Positions 1 to 10,619 are shown, numbered from the stretch's first letter. The stretch: DNA of 64,000 bases from an uncultured Gammaproteobacteria bacterium (GCA_964399675.1 CAYNRK010000002.1:46982-110981); one strand, 5' to 3'. Made by a program: numbers and translations. The notes: a model not told the origin generated them from the letters alone.

Positions 1-411
1 CCAAAACCGTTTGCTCTTGAAAAAGGCTTTACATTAAAATTCAATGACTTAATTATAAAAGGTCGAATCGATAGAATTGACACGTTTGAAGATGGCTTTG
101 AGATTATTGATTATAAAACAGGAAAATCAAAACTGGATAAAGATTTAAAAAAAACCGACAAAGAACAGTTGTTTCTTTATCAACTGGCTGCAAAGGAAAT
201 CCTGGGGCTTAAGCCGAAAAAATTAACGTTTCATTACCTTGAAAACAATTCAACTGTTTCGTTTCTTGCAACTGATGAGGAACTTTCTGAATTAAAAGCT
301 AGTGTTACAAAAAGGGTAGAGGGGATTCGTTCAAGCGAGTTTCATCCAACCCCTGGCTTTCATTGTAAATTTTGTGACTTTAAAGATATTTGTGAATTCG
401 CTCAGTCGTAG
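1..411 (+). CDS. 3'-terminal part of a PD-(D/E)XK nuclease-domain protein with a Cas4/AddB-type CxxCx5C cysteine cluster; 5' end lies outside the window
   Basis: Frame 1 is open from position 1. The motifs GRIDRID and IIDYKTGK and the C-terminal C-KF-C-DFKDI-C cluster are visible. Confidence 0.5.
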   Translation, partial: PKPFALEKGFTLKFNDLIIKGRIDRIDTFEDGFEIIDYKTGKSKLDKDLKKTDKEQLFLYQLAAKEILGLKPKKLTFHYLENNSTVSFLATDEELSELKASVTKRVEGIRSSEFHPTPGFHCKFCDFKDICEFAQS

Positions 412-417
412 TAAACT

Positions 418-741
418 ATGGATGATCTTTCTCCAATGAAAAATTTGCTGGGTGGCGCAATGGACAGAGCTGGAATTAAATCACAGCTTCATTCAACCAG
501 AGTTGTGCAAGCAGCTAATGATGTTATTGTTAAACTATTACCTGAATCTTGCGAAAACGATGCTCGCGCGATTTCTTTTCGAAAAGGCATCTTGTCTATT
601 GAAACACTGACATCTTCTGCAAGTCACTTTCTTGGCTCAAAACAAGAAGACTTAATTAGAAAAATTTCCGATCAGGTTCCACAAACCAACATTGCAAAAA
701 TTCGATTTCGAGTTGTCAAAAATTTTCCATCTGACTTATGA
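418..741 (+). CDS. small DUF721/DciA-like protein (tentative)
   Basis: About 107 aa. The pattern resembles the small proteins found next to recF/gyrB. This is recalled from memory and weak. Confidence 0.3.
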   Translation: MDDLSPMKNLLGGAMDRAGIKSQLHSTRVVQAANDVIVKLLPESCENDARAISFRKGILSIETLTSSASHFLGSKQEDLIRKISDQVPQTNIAKIRFRVVKNFPSDL

Positions 742-1118
742 CATTTCGTTTCTATCTATTCATAATGACTCTTGCAACAGTTGCGGCATGGATTGCCTGG
801 GTCATTGTCATAAACGCAATCGATCCAGTGCGAGCCGGTGTTCTAGGATTCATTCTTTTCTTTGTCACACTTGCCATTGCTCTTATTGGTTCACTTTCAA
901 TTCTTGGAATAGGTATACGAGTTTGGCTAAGACCTGAGGGGTCAATTGCGCGACAAACCAGCCGCTCTGTAAGACATGCGGTCTTATTAACTCTGTTGTT
1001 TTCCTTGTCGCTTTTATTGGCTTCAAACGGACTTCTAAGATGGTGGATCGTGCTTTTGACTGTATTTACTATTACTCTTGCTGAACTCGCCTTTATCACA
1101 CATGAGAAGGTTCGTTGA
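738..1118 (+). CDS. hypothetical multi-pass membrane protein
   Basis: Strongly hydrophobic 126-aa ORF, start overlapping the previous stop. Confidence 0.35.
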   Translation: MTFRFYLFIMTLATVAAWIAWVIVINAIDPVRAGVLGFILFFVTLAIALIGSLSILGIGIRVWLRPEGSIARQTSRSVRHAVLLTLLFSLSLLLASNGLLRWWIVLLTVFTITLAELAFITHEKVR

Positions 1119-1210
1119 ACACTAAATATATTCACAAAAACCCTTGCCGCAAATGGTAAGTTCGATTAAGATTGGGAGGCGCTAGCGTCCTGTTTTTTTT
1201 AGGACAATCT

Positions 1211-2263
1211 ATGATCAACAAATTTTTAGGAAAATTTTCAAAGGATCTGGGTATTGACCTGGGGACATCAAACACGCTCGTCTATTCAAAAGAGGGGGGC
1301 ATTGTTATCAATGAACCATCAATTGTGGCAATTAACACTCGGACGGATCAAATTTTGGCTGTTGGGAAAAATGCCAAAGACATGCTTGGAAAAACTCCGC
1401 CACACATTAAAATTTCAAAGCCTTTAAAACAAGCAATCATTTCAGATTTTGAAGTAACAGAAAAAATGTTGAAATACTTTATTGATAAAGTGCACACAGA
1501 ATCATTCACAATTATTCCCAGACCGCGCATTGTTATTGGCGCACCACTTGAGACAACAGAAGTTGAACGCAAAGCTATTGAAGACGCAGCTTTGTCTGCT
1601 GGGGCCAGACAAGTTTTTCTTGTAGAGAATCCAATGCTGGCCGCACTTGGTGCGCGTCTTCCACTTTCTGAATCAATTGGGACAATGATTGTTGATATGG
1701 GGGGTGGAACAACTGAAATCGCTGTTATGTCGCTTGCCGGTGTTGTTACATGGAAGTCATTGCCAATAGCAGGAAACGAACTGAACAAAAATATTATTCA
1801 TTACGCGCGCGACATCTTTAATCTTCTTCTTGGTGAGCGTGTTGCAGAACGGATTAAAATGCGAATCGGAAGCGTTACTGAACAAGAAGAACCTCTTGAG
1901 ATTGAAATGCGTGGTCGCGATCTTCTTACAGGACTTCCAAAAGAAATTATTATCAATGACTCACAAATAAGGGAAGCCATGCATCATTCAGTTAGAACAA
2001 TAGTTGATAATATTAAAGCAACACTTGAACGCACCCCGCCTGAACTTGTGGCTGATATCTATGAAAGAGGTATTGTGCTTACAGGAGGTGGCGCACTTCT
2101 CCGTGGAATGGATAAACTAATCAGTAAACAAGCAGCTATTCCAGTTCGTATTTCCGATGACCCATTAACTGCTGTTGTGCGAGGAGCTGGTATTTTACTT
2201 GATAATGAAGAACTGCTTTCAGACATAAGCCTTCCATCAGCAAGTGAAGGAGGAATTATTTAA
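1211..2263 (+). CDS. mreB: rod shape-determining protein MreB
   Basis: The N-terminus reads DLGIDLGTSNTLVY, and the protein has an actin-fold ATPase pattern throughout. The start was chosen at MINKF; an in-frame ATG at 1172 is also possible. Confidence 0.9.
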   Translation: MINKFLGKFSKDLGIDLGTSNTLVYSKEGGIVINEPSIVAINTRTDQILAVGKNAKDMLGKTPPHIKISKPLKQAIISDFEVTEKMLKYFIDKVHTESFTIIPRPRIVIGAPLETTEVERKAIEDAALSAGARQVFLVENPMLAALGARLPLSESIGTMIVDMGGGTTEIAVMSLAGVVTWKSLPIAGNELNKNIIHYARDIFNLLLGERVAERIKMRIGSVTEQEEPLEIEMRGRDLLTGLPKEIIINDSQIREAMHHSVRTIVDNIKATLERTPPELVADIYERGIVLTGGGALLRGMDKLISKQAAIPVRISDDPLTAVVRGAGILLDNEELLSDISLPSASEGGII

Positions 2264-2363
2264 TAATGGAACTTTATGTCATCCCGAGCGAAGGCCCGTC
2301 CGACGGGCCGAAGCCGAGGGATCTCGAATATTGAAAACGTAATTCGAGATTTCTCCACTCGCT

Positions 2364-3170
2364 GTGCTCGGTCGAAATGACAAAAAAAATATGAAAACGA
2401 AACGAATACCCGTGCTCATTGTCGTTTCAATTCTCTTGGTTGTTTTTATTATTTTTAGAGGGGCAGTCGGTTCTCTTTTTGGAATTTTTCAATCACCACT
2501 AGCATCTTTTGGAACGGTTATAAACTCCACTCTTTCAAATTTTTTCGCATCAAAAACAATCACAGAAGACGAACTCGCATCTCTTTTTGAAGAACGAAAG
2601 TCTCTTGCGGTTGATAAAGTGGTCTTTGAAAAACTTGTTAAGGAAAACAAGGAGTTAAAAGAACTTTTGCAGTACAAAGGTCGCGAATCAGGTTCAATAA
2701 TCACAGCATCTATTCTTGCCCGATCGCTCTCTGACACTTCTTCAACTTTCATAATCAACAGAGGAGAAAAAGACGGTTTAATAGGAGGTGAACCGATTAT
2801 TGTTGGAAATGGATTCTTTGTTGGAAAAATCACAAATGTTGGAGAAGCGTCCTCTGTTGTAACCGCGGTCACTGATCCAAACATTGCAACATCAATATCA
2901 CTTTTAAATGAAACTCGAACTATTGGTATTGCAGAAGGTGTAACTGGAAATTTGATTAAGGTTAAATTCATTCCAGACGAGGAGAACGTTAATGTGAATG
3001 ATTTGGTTGTAACCTCAGGTCTTGAGTCCAGGGTGCCTGCAGGTCTTATTGTAGGAATTGTAAATATTGTTAGACCAGATCCAAATGCACCGTTTCAGGA
3101 AGCCGTACTTGAACCACTGGTTGACATGAAACAATTCTCAAACGTGATTATAAGACTACATGAGCTATGA
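2364..3170 (+). CDS. mreC: rod shape-determining protein MreC
   Basis: N-terminal transmembrane segment, a coiled-coil segment, then a beta-rich C-terminal region. It lies directly downstream of mreB. Confidence 0.7.
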   Translation: MLGRNDKKNMKTKRIPVLIVVSILLVVFIIFRGAVGSLFGIFQSPLASFGTVINSTLSNFFASKTITEDELASLFEERKSLAVDKVVFEKLVKENKELKELLQYKGRESGSIITASILARSLSDTSSTFIINRGEKDGLIGGEPIIVGNGFFVGKITNVGEASSVVTAVTDPNIATSISLLNETRTIGIAEGVTGNLIKVKFIPDEENVNVNDLVVTSGLESRVPAGLIVGIVNIVRPDPNAPFQEAVLEPLVDMKQFSNVIIRLHEL

Positions 3171-3700
3171 CGCGTCATATCATCAGTTTTCTTCTTTTTC
3201 TTATACTCTTCATAATTGAGATTAGTTTTTTTTCTTCTTTACCATATCCGATTTCGTTAACACCACTTGTCTTTGCAAGCTCGGTTTATTTACTTCAGCA
3301 TCAAGATGTAAATAGTACAGTGCTCTGGCTTTTTTTCTATGGAATAGGGCTTTCAATATTTCATTTGAATATTGCACCTTTTGAACCCGTGAGCTATTCC
3401 ATTGCAGCGCTTGTGGCCTTTTTTAGTGCTAAACATATTTTCTCCAATCGATCATTTTATGGAGTCTGTGCCTGTCTTCTTAGCAGTTATGTAGCGCTCT
3501 TTATTATGCAAACCTTGTTCGTTTTCATCCAAACCGGAACATCACACAAAATAATTCATTGGGGTACTTTTTTTCAATTTCAGTCTGTCAGATTGCTCAT
3601 GATGCTTATTTTAATCTTCATATTTTTCCCCCTTGCCGGACGCATTAAAAAAATACTTATAAAAACATTCTTGCTTTCAGAACAACAACGGACTTATTAA
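3167..3700 (+). CDS. mreD: MreD-like membrane protein
   Basis: A 177-aa polytopic membrane protein with a start overlapping the mreC stop, in the canonical mreBCD order. Confidence 0.5.
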   Translation: MTRHIISFLLFLILFIIEISFFSSLPYPISLTPLVFASSVYLLQHQDVNSTVLWLFFYGIGLSIFHLNIAPFEPVSYSIAALVAFFSAKHIFSNRSFYGVCACLLSSYVALFIMQTLFVFIQTGTSHKIIHWGTFFQFQSVRLLMMLILIFIFFPLAGRIKKILIKTFLLSEQQRTY

Positions 3701-3708
3701 TTGATCAA

Positions 3709-5664
3709 ATGAAAGATTTCTTCAGACGTAAAAAACGCTCGCAAGTATTCATCGTTCAGGACGATGGTTATTTGGGTAGATTGCATTCTGAAAAGAAAAT
3801 AAACGCTCTAGAGGAAGCCTTTGGGAACTATTCAAGAGACAAGACCGTGCATGGACGACATTTTCTTGGATCAACAGTTCCTCAAAAACGTTTGTATGTT
3901 GGTCTTTTTATTTTTAGTGCCATGTGTCTGGCTTTTGTTGGAAGATCTGCTCAGTTACAAATTGTCCGTGGTGAGCATTACAGCGCTTTGGCTGAAGAAA
4001 ATCGTTATCACACAGAATTTATCATTTCTCCTCGAGGCATGATTTCAGATCGAACCGGAAAAATGTTAGCTCACAATATCCCTTCGTTTCTTCTTGCAAT
4101 GAACGTTTCCGAGATTCCAGATAATGAAAACAAGCGTAATGAAATTTTTGAAAAAATTGTTGAACTGACCGGATTACAAAGAACAGATATTGATCTTGCA
4201 ATTACCCAGTACTCTAAAACACCCTACTCATATGTTCCTATTACAAAAGACCTTTCATATGATGTGGCAATGAGGCTTGCGGTTGAAACAGCGGCTCTTC
4301 CAGGTTTTGAACTCCAATCTTCAGCACAGCGTGAATACGAAAGTTCGTCACGCTCTCTATCACATGTTTTGGGTTACACAGGAAAAATGAATGCACAGGA
4401 TCTTGAAGAACACAAGGATGAATATTATCGACCGGTTGATGAGATAGGGAAGTCAGGTTTAGAGTATTCAGCAGAAAAATTGCTAAGAGGACAACCAGGC
4501 AGGCTGGTTGCAGAAGTTAATGCAAAAGGAAAGCGTCTAAGTGTTGTTGAAAAAGTAGATCCAATTCCTGGAGCACATCTTACACTCAGTATTGACTTGT
4601 CTTTTCAAAAATTTATTGAGACTCGTTTAGCTAAGATGCTAAAAATGCGTGGAGTATCACGAGGATCTGTTGTTGCCATTGATCCACAAACTGGCGGTGT
4701 AAGAGCTCTTGTTAGTTTGCCTGCCTATGACAATAATGATTTCGCAAAGGGAATTGATTCTGAAACCTATCAAAAATTATTAGACAATGAGAATAAACCA
4801 CTTTTTTCCCGAGCTGTTTCCGGTGAATTTCCATCTGGGTCAACGTTTAAACCTTTTGTTGCATACGCAGCCCTTGCTGAAGGAATTGTGAATGAAAACA
4901 CCTCCTTTCTTTCAACAGGAGGGCTTAGAATTAACCAGTGGTATTTCCCTGACTGGAAGGCTGGAGGTCATGGAATAACAAATGTGCGAAAAGCAATTTC
5001 TGAATCAGTGAATACATACTTTTATATTATAAGCGGAGGATTCGATAATATCACAGGACTTGGTGTGGACCGAATAACAGAATACGCAAGTCGGTTTGGT
5101 TTTGGTCAGCCAACAGGAATTAGCTTGCCATCAGAAGCAGATGGTTTTTTACCTTCAAAAGAATGGAAGCAAGAAGTTAAGAGCGAACAATGGTATGTTG
5201 GAGATACGTATCATTTGGGAATCGGTCAAGGAGACTTTTTAACATCGCCTCTTCAAATGGCTGTTGCAACATCAATTATTGCAAACGGTGGAAAAACGTT
5301 TGTGCCGCATATAATTGAAGGGGTTGATGGGACAACTCAGACTGAAGAAATCCAAACTGATTTTACTCCAATGAATCAACTGGATGAACGCTCTCTTAAC
5401 ATTGTGCGTCAAGCCATGCGCGCCACAGTTACAGAAGGAAGCGCAAGATCTCTTTCGTTATTGCCATATGCTGTTGCCGGAAAAACCGGAACCGCCCAAA
5501 CGCCCGGCAACCGACCTTACCATTCCTGGTTCACTGGTTTTGGCCCTTACAATAATCCAGACATCACGCTTGTTGTTCTTATTGAAGAAGGCGGTGAAAG
5601 CAATGATGCCGCTGTCCCTCTTGCACGCGAAATTTTCTCCTGGTGGTTTTTGTATGGGAATTGA
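3709..5664 (+). CDS. mrdA: penicillin-binding protein 2 (peptidoglycan D,D-transpeptidase)
   Basis: N-terminal transmembrane segment and the SGSTFKP (SxxK), SxN and KTGTAQ motifs. It follows mreBCD. Confidence 0.85.
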   Translation: MKDFFRRKKRSQVFIVQDDGYLGRLHSEKKINALEEAFGNYSRDKTVHGRHFLGSTVPQKRLYVGLFIFSAMCLAFVGRSAQLQIVRGEHYSALAEENRYHTEFIISPRGMISDRTGKMLAHNIPSFLLAMNVSEIPDNENKRNEIFEKIVELTGLQRTDIDLAITQYSKTPYSYVPITKDLSYDVAMRLAVETAALPGFELQSSAQREYESSSRSLSHVLGYTGKMNAQDLEEHKDEYYRPVDEIGKSGLEYSAEKLLRGQPGRLVAEVNAKGKRLSVVEKVDPIPGAHLTLSIDLSFQKFIETRLAKMLKMRGVSRGSVVAIDPQTGGVRALVSLPAYDNNDFAKGIDSETYQKLLDNENKPLFSRAVSGEFPSGSTFKPFVAYAALAEGIVNENTSFLSTGGLRINQWYFPDWKAGGHGITNVRKAISESVNTYFYIISGGFDNITGLGVDRITEYASRFGFGQPTGISLPSEADGFLPSKEWKQEVKSEQWYVGDTYHLGIGQGDFLTSPLQMAVATSIIANGGKTFVPHIIEGVDGTTQTEEIQTDFTPMNQLDERSLNIVRQAMRATVTEGSARSLSLLPYAVAGKTGTAQTPGNRPYHSWFTGFGPYNNPDITLVVLIEEGGESNDAAVPLAREIFSWWFLYGN

Positions 5665-5723
5665 GGATACTATAACTTGACAAGGGTAATTTTGAACGGT
5701 AGTCTCAAAAGATCACTATAACT

Positions 5724-6179
5724 ATGCCAACATACATTTCAAAAGAAGGTCTTGAAGACTTGAAAAAGGAATTCGAGAAACGAAAAACAACTGAACGTAA
5801 AAAAATCACGGAACAAATTGCTGCAGCAAAAGAGCTTGGTGATTTGTCTGAAAATTTTGAATACCATGAAGCAAAAGAACAGCAAGGCTTAAACGAGTCC
5901 AGGATTCTTCAGCTTGAGGCAATGATTTTGGATTCAGTAATTGTTGAAGAAACGCGCGGCAGTGAAGCTGTCACTTTAGGGGTTACATTTAAGGTAGAAA
6001 TAAATGGAGCAGAAAAAACATACTCAATGGTTGGATCAAGTGAAGCAGATCCATTGAAAGGAAAAATCAGTAATGAATCACCAATTGGAAAAGCCTTTAT
6101 GGGCGCAAAGGTGGGGGATATGATTGAAGTCGAGGTTCCATCCGGGACTATGACATACAAGATCGTTGGTATTGAGTGA
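5724..6179 (+). CDS. greA: transcription elongation factor GreA
   Basis: 151 aa with an N-terminal coiled coil and a C-terminal FKBP-like domain pattern (ENFEYHEAKEQQ). Confidence 0.85.
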   Translation: MPTYISKEGLEDLKKEFEKRKTTERKKITEQIAAAKELGDLSENFEYHEAKEQQGLNESRILQLEAMILDSVIVEETRGSEAVTLGVTFKVEINGAEKTYSMVGSSEADPLKGKISNESPIGKAFMGAKVGDMIEVEVPSGTMTYKIVGIE

Positions 6180-6244
6180 CGTTGACATTAGAGAGAAAAA
6201 TTAGGTAAAATACGGCATATTTTTGACTGTATTTTTTTTATTTT

Positions 6245-7723
6245 ATGATAGAAGAAGAATCAGCACGGCTTTCGCGATTGGAGAAATTACGAGCCAGCGG
6301 AGTTAATCCTTATCCAAACAGCGCAAGCCGAACACACACAATTACTGAATATTTGAAGGCTTTTGATAAACTTGAAAATAAAAAGAAAGAAGTGACTTTG
6401 GTTGGTCGACTTCGACTTATCCGAAAGCACGGAGGGCTTACTTTTGCACAGCTTCAAGATCAATCAGGAGTCGTACAGTTGGTGCTTAGAAAAGATAATC
6501 TTAACGAGGAGGTTTACTCCTTTTTTCACGACACAATTGACATTGGTGATTTTGTTGAAGTAGCAGGCAAGGCTTTTATAACAAAAAAAGGCGAGCAGTC
6601 GCTTGATGTTGATTCTTACAAATTAGTTAGTAAAACCGTTTTACCGCTTCCTGAAAAATGGCACGGACTGACTGACACAGAAGCACGCTTTAGAAAACGA
6701 TACCTGGATCTCATCATGAATGAGGATGTAAAAAATCGAATGCTTGTTCGTTCGAAAATTATTTCTTCAATTCGAAAACTGCTTGATGACAGAGGATTCC
6801 TCGAAATTGAAACACCAACGCTCCAACCTGTTTACGGTGGGGGATATGCTCGTCCATTTACAACTCATCACAATGCACTGGACGCAGATTTCTTTTTACG
6901 TATTTCAGATGAGATGTATTTGAAACGTTGTTTGGTTGGGGGAATGGAAAAAGTTTATGAGATCACAAAAGTTTTCCGAAACGAAGGTGTTGATAAAGAT
7001 CACAACCCAGAATTCACAATGTTTGAAGCTCAAATTTCTTTTGAAGACTATAACTATGGCATGGATCTTTTTGAGGAGATCTTTGAGCATGCTGCAAAAG
7101 AAGCTGTTGGCAGCACCAGTATTAAACATGAAAAGGTAACACTTGAATTTAAACGACCGTGGAAACGAATTCGCTTAATGGACTCTGTTAAAGAACTGGG
7201 TGGTATTGACGAAAGTGTTTGGGATGATCTTAAAAAAGCCAAAACCGCTGTTAAAGAAAAACTTGGTCCAAAATCAAAAGAAGATTTGGATACAATGAAT
7301 TCCATTGGTGAAGTAATGGCGTACGCTTTTGAAGAGCTTGTTGAGGAACAATTAATCCAACCAACAATCGTTTACGATTATCCAGTTGAAGTTTCTCCGC
7401 TTGCAAAAAAAAGTGAGGATGAACGTTTTACAGAGCGGTTTGAGGCGTTTGCAATGGGTATGGAATTAGGAAATAACTACTCAGAACTCAATGATCCAGT
7501 TGATCTGGAAAAACGTTTTATTGAAGAAAAAAAGCGAGAAGCTGCTGGATTTGATGAAGCTCACCAAACTGACCATGATTATCTTGATGCAATAAAGCAT
7601 GGCATGCCGCCAGCATGTGGTCTGGGAATTGGAGTTGATCGAATGATCATGATGCTCACAGGAGCTAAAAATATCAAAGAGGTAATTTTGTTCCCAACAC
7701 TTAGACCGAAAGTAGAGGTATAA
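6245..7723 (+). CDS. lysS: lysyl-tRNA synthetase, class II
   Basis: OB-fold anticodon-binding N-terminus plus class II motifs (FRNEG, GLGIGVDR). Confidence 0.9.
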   Translation: MIEEESARLSRLEKLRASGVNPYPNSASRTHTITEYLKAFDKLENKKKEVTLVGRLRLIRKHGGLTFAQLQDQSGVVQLVLRKDNLNEEVYSFFHDTIDIGDFVEVAGKAFITKKGEQSLDVDSYKLVSKTVLPLPEKWHGLTDTEARFRKRYLDLIMNEDVKNRMLVRSKIISSIRKLLDDRGFLEIETPTLQPVYGGGYARPFTTHHNALDADFFLRISDEMYLKRCLVGGMEKVYEITKVFRNEGVDKDHNPEFTMFEAQISFEDYNYGMDLFEEIFEHAAKEAVGSTSIKHEKVTLEFKRPWKRIRLMDSVKELGGIDESVWDDLKKAKTAVKEKLGPKSKEDLDTMNSIGEVMAYAFEELVEEQLIQPTIVYDYPVEVSPLAKKSEDERFTERFEAFAMGMELGNNYSELNDPVDLEKRFIEEKKREAAGFDEAHQTDHDYLDAIKHGMPPACGLGIGVDRMIMMLTGAKNIKEVILFPTLRPKVEV

Positions 7724-7810
7724 AAATTGATAGAAACAAAGTTGAAATATGTGGAAATAAAGTTGTGTTCAACTTATTTCAATCTATTTCTACATATTTC
7801 TACAAAAATT

Positions 7811-8185
7811 ATGAACCAAAAGCGCATTCTTGTCTTTGGAACATTTGATAAACTACACGCAGGCCATTTGTTTTTTCTAAAACAAGCAAAAGCTTGTGGA
7901 ACTCAACTTATAGTTGGTGTTGCGCGCGACTCACAAACCAAACTCTTAAAAGGCACAGTTACGGAAAATTCAGAAAAAGTTAGAAAGGAAAAGATTGACG
8001 CACTCAAGTTTGTTTATGAATCATTTTTGTGTGATAAAGAACTTGGTGGTTATCAAATTCTTCAAAAGGCAAGGCCGGACATGGTCGTTGTTGGACATGA
8101 TCAAAAAGATCTGGCTGTTAGTCTAATGGCGTGGATGAAAAAAAATGATTCTTATCTACCTATTCAACAAATTAAAAAATTATGA
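7811..8185 (+). CDS. cytidylyltransferase-like (HxGH) nucleotidyltransferase, possibly RibL/TagD-type
   Basis: The HIGH-type motif FGTFDKLHAGH is present. The start was chosen at MNQKRIL. Confidence 0.55.
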   Translation: MNQKRILVFGTFDKLHAGHLFFLKQAKACGTQLIVGVARDSQTKLLKGTVTENSEKVRKEKIDALKFVYESFLCDKELGGYQILQKARPDMVVVGHDQKDLAVSLMAWMKKNDSYLPIQQIKKL

Positions 8186-8625
8186 AACCAGTTGAAGAGG
8201 TTCCTATTGTCATTGGAATCGTTGAGCGTGGTGATAAAATTCTTTTATTACAGAGAATGGACAAAAATCCAATTTGGGATAAAAAATGGGAATTTCCTGG
8301 AGGTAAAATCGATGATGGGGAAGAGGCACAGGTTGCAGCCAAACGAGAAATAGAGGAAGAGACTGGACTTAGTATTTCTAATTTAAACTTTGTTGGAAAG
8401 CATGTTCACGACTGGGATCTGGAAGAGAAAACTTTGCGCGTTCACATTCACTGCTTTCATTGTAAGGCTCATGATGGGGAAGTGGTTATTGAAACAGACA
8501 AGGCTTATCAATACAAATGGGATACAGTTGAGAACGCGACAAAATATGACACACTAGAAGCCAATGCATTTCTTTTAAAAACACTTTTTGCGGCTTATCA
8601 TGAAAAATGTCAGAACTTGGGTTGA
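8182..8625 (+). CDS. NUDIX hydrolase
   Basis: Nudix box GGKIDDGEEAQVAAKREIEEETGL. Confidence 0.75.
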   Translation: MKPVEEVPIVIGIVERGDKILLLQRMDKNPIWDKKWEFPGGKIDDGEEAQVAAKREIEEETGLSISNLNFVGKHVHDWDLEEKTLRVHIHCFHCKAHDGEVVIETDKAYQYKWDTVENATKYDTLEANAFLLKTLFAAYHEKCQNLG

Positions 8626-9739
8626 GGTGGATAAAAAGGCCCTAAAACAAAATATCGATCTGTTGCGTTCCATGTTAAGAGATGGGGCGCGTTTTTGTGC
8701 GGTAGTAAAGGCAAACGCTTACGGTCATGGCCTTAAAGAAGTAAGTCAGATTTGTCACAACAATGGAGTTGATGCGTTTGCTGTTGACGACGTAGATGAC
8801 GCGCTTTTTTTAAAAGAAAAATATCCATCAAGCTTGATCATGGTCCTTGGTTACACAATGCTGGATAGGCTTGAAGAGGCTGTTGTAGCAGGTTTAGTGC
8901 TTACTGTTTACGACAAAGAGCATATTCAAAAATTACAAGCCATAGGAACAAAGTGTGCTAAAACAGCGCTTATTAACCTAAAAATTGAAACCGGCACATC
9001 CAGACAAGGTATACTCGAAGATGAGTTAAAAGACATTCTGGATCTTGTTTCTAAATCGCAACATGTCAAACTTGTAGGTGTTTCCACACACTTTGCTAAT
9101 ATAGAAGACACAACATCTCCTCAGTACGCAACTTTGCAATTTGGAAAATTTCAGCAAGCTTGCACGCGCATAACAGAGGCTGGATTTACTCCAGAGCTTA
9201 TTCACTGCACATGTTCTGCTGCCATTCTTCTTTATCCACAAACACACGGAACGCTTGTTCGTGCAGGCATATCGCTTTATGGAATTTGGCCATCAGAAAT
9301 TATTGAGCAAACTTTACGAAAACAATATGTTACCTGTAATCTAAAACCGGTTCTAACCTGGAAATCAAGAATCGCTCAGATTAAAACACTGCCAATGGGA
9401 ACACCGATAAGTTATGGTCTTACAGAAATATTAAAAAAGAGAAGTCGCATTGCAATTGTGCCGGTTGGATATTGGGATGGTTATGACAGAGGGCTTTCGT
9501 CAACCGGAGAAGTTTTAGTAAGTGGTTATCGATGCAAAGTTCTGGGTCGCGTTTGCATGAATATGATCGTGGTTGATGTATCAGATGTACCTGAACCAAC
9601 TATTGAGCAAGAAGTTATACTAATTGGGCAATCTGGACGTCAACGCATTACAGCTTATGATATTGCTTTAAAAACACAAACCATCGCATACGAAGTTACC
9701 ACAAAAATAAACCCATCTCTACCAAGAGTCGTTGTATGA
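8588..9739 (+). CDS. alr: alanine racemase
   Basis: PLP-lysine motif AVVKANAYGHG. The C-terminal beta domain is present. The true start may be the internal ATG at 8600. Confidence 0.8.
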   Translation: MRLIMKNVRTWVEVDKKALKQNIDLLRSMLRDGARFCAVVKANAYGHGLKEVSQICHNNGVDAFAVDDVDDALFLKEKYPSSLIMVLGYTMLDRLEEAVVAGLVLTVYDKEHIQKLQAIGTKCAKTALINLKIETGTSRQGILEDELKDILDLVSKSQHVKLVGVSTHFANIEDTTSPQYATLQFGKFQQACTRITEAGFTPELIHCTCSAAILLYPQTHGTLVRAGISLYGIWPSEIIEQTLRKQYVTCNLKPVLTWKSRIAQIKTLPMGTPISYGLTEILKKRSRIAIVPVGYWDGYDRGLSSTGEVLVSGYRCKVLGRVCMNMIVVDVSDVPEPTIEQEVILIGQSGRQRITAYDIALKTQTIAYEVTTKINPSLPRVVV

Positions 9740-10614
9740 GGCGAAGAGATTTTTTCAAACGCACACAAAGAAAACGATATGTAAGAGGGGATTATCAAAA
9801 TCCTTATTTTCAAGATAAGCAACAAATTTCCTGGAAACATCTTTTCGCAATTGGCGCAGGTGTTGTTGGAGTAATAGTTATCACTGTTCTGTTTCTATCT
9901 CACCCTCGATTTGTAATTCGTTCGGTTGCTGTAAAAGGCATTGTGCATATTGATGAAAATGAATTTGAATCAATTATCCGCGAATACCTTGGATCAAGAA
10001 AGGTTCTTTTTTTCAAAAAAACAAATCGTTTTATTTTTACCCCAGACCCACTTCAAGAATTACTTGAGGAATCTTTTGCTTTTGAAAATATTTTGGTTAA
10101 CCAAAAAGGAACTGAGATCGTAATTAATTTAAAAGAACGAACATCTCATTTGATTTGGAAAACCTACAATACTTTTTATCTTGTTGATTTGAACGGTGTT
10201 GTGAGTCGTGAGCTTACAAATGAAGAATTAAACCTTTTAAAGGAGGATATTGAAGATAAGGCGCTTACAACCTTGCCGTTTATTCGGTCACTTCCTGTTA
10301 TTGTTGATCGAAACAACATTGAAATAACCATTGGTTCAGAAGTTCTTACACCAGTTGAAATCGAAAATGCTTTTCGTTTCCATAAACATTTGAGTGCGCA
10401 AAACATTTCTTTTATTTCAACAGAAATTGATCGATTAGCAGGGAAGTGGAGTGGGGTTGTAACAAAGGAGGGGTATCGAATTCTGTTTGATCTAAGCGCT
10501 GATATTGATGAACAAGCAGAACGACTTGAAACCATTCTTAAAGAACGTGAAGAAGATAAAGTGATAGAGGAGTATGTTGATCTGCGGTTCGGTGATCATG
10601 TGTACATCAAATAA
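9736..10614 (+). CDS. ftsQ: cell division protein FtsQ/DivIB-like (N-terminal transmembrane segment plus POTRA domain)
   Basis: Basic N-terminus, one transmembrane segment, a POTRA-like segment (RSVAVKGIVHIDENEF). There is a 4-nt overlap with alr. Confidence 0.5.
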   Translation: MRRRDFFKRTQRKRYVRGDYQNPYFQDKQQISWKHLFAIGAGVVGVIVITVLFLSHPRFVIRSVAVKGIVHIDENEFESIIREYLGSRKVLFFKKTNRFIFTPDPLQELLEESFAFENILVNQKGTEIVINLKERTSHLIWKTYNTFYLVDLNGVVSRELTNEELNLLKEDIEDKALTTLPFIRSLPVIVDRNNIEITIGSEVLTPVEIENAFRFHKHLSAQNISFISTEIDRLAGKWSGVVTKEGYRILFDLSADIDEQAERLETILKEREEDKVIEEYVDLRFGDHVYIK

Positions 10615-10619
10615 CTTGT

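Noticed and set aside
3821-5680. Overlapping alternative-frame ORFs within mrdA (3821-4042, 5384-5680) and similar ones within lysS, clpB, alaS and murJ
   Set aside because: They are fully embedded in well-supported genes, and no independent signals were found.
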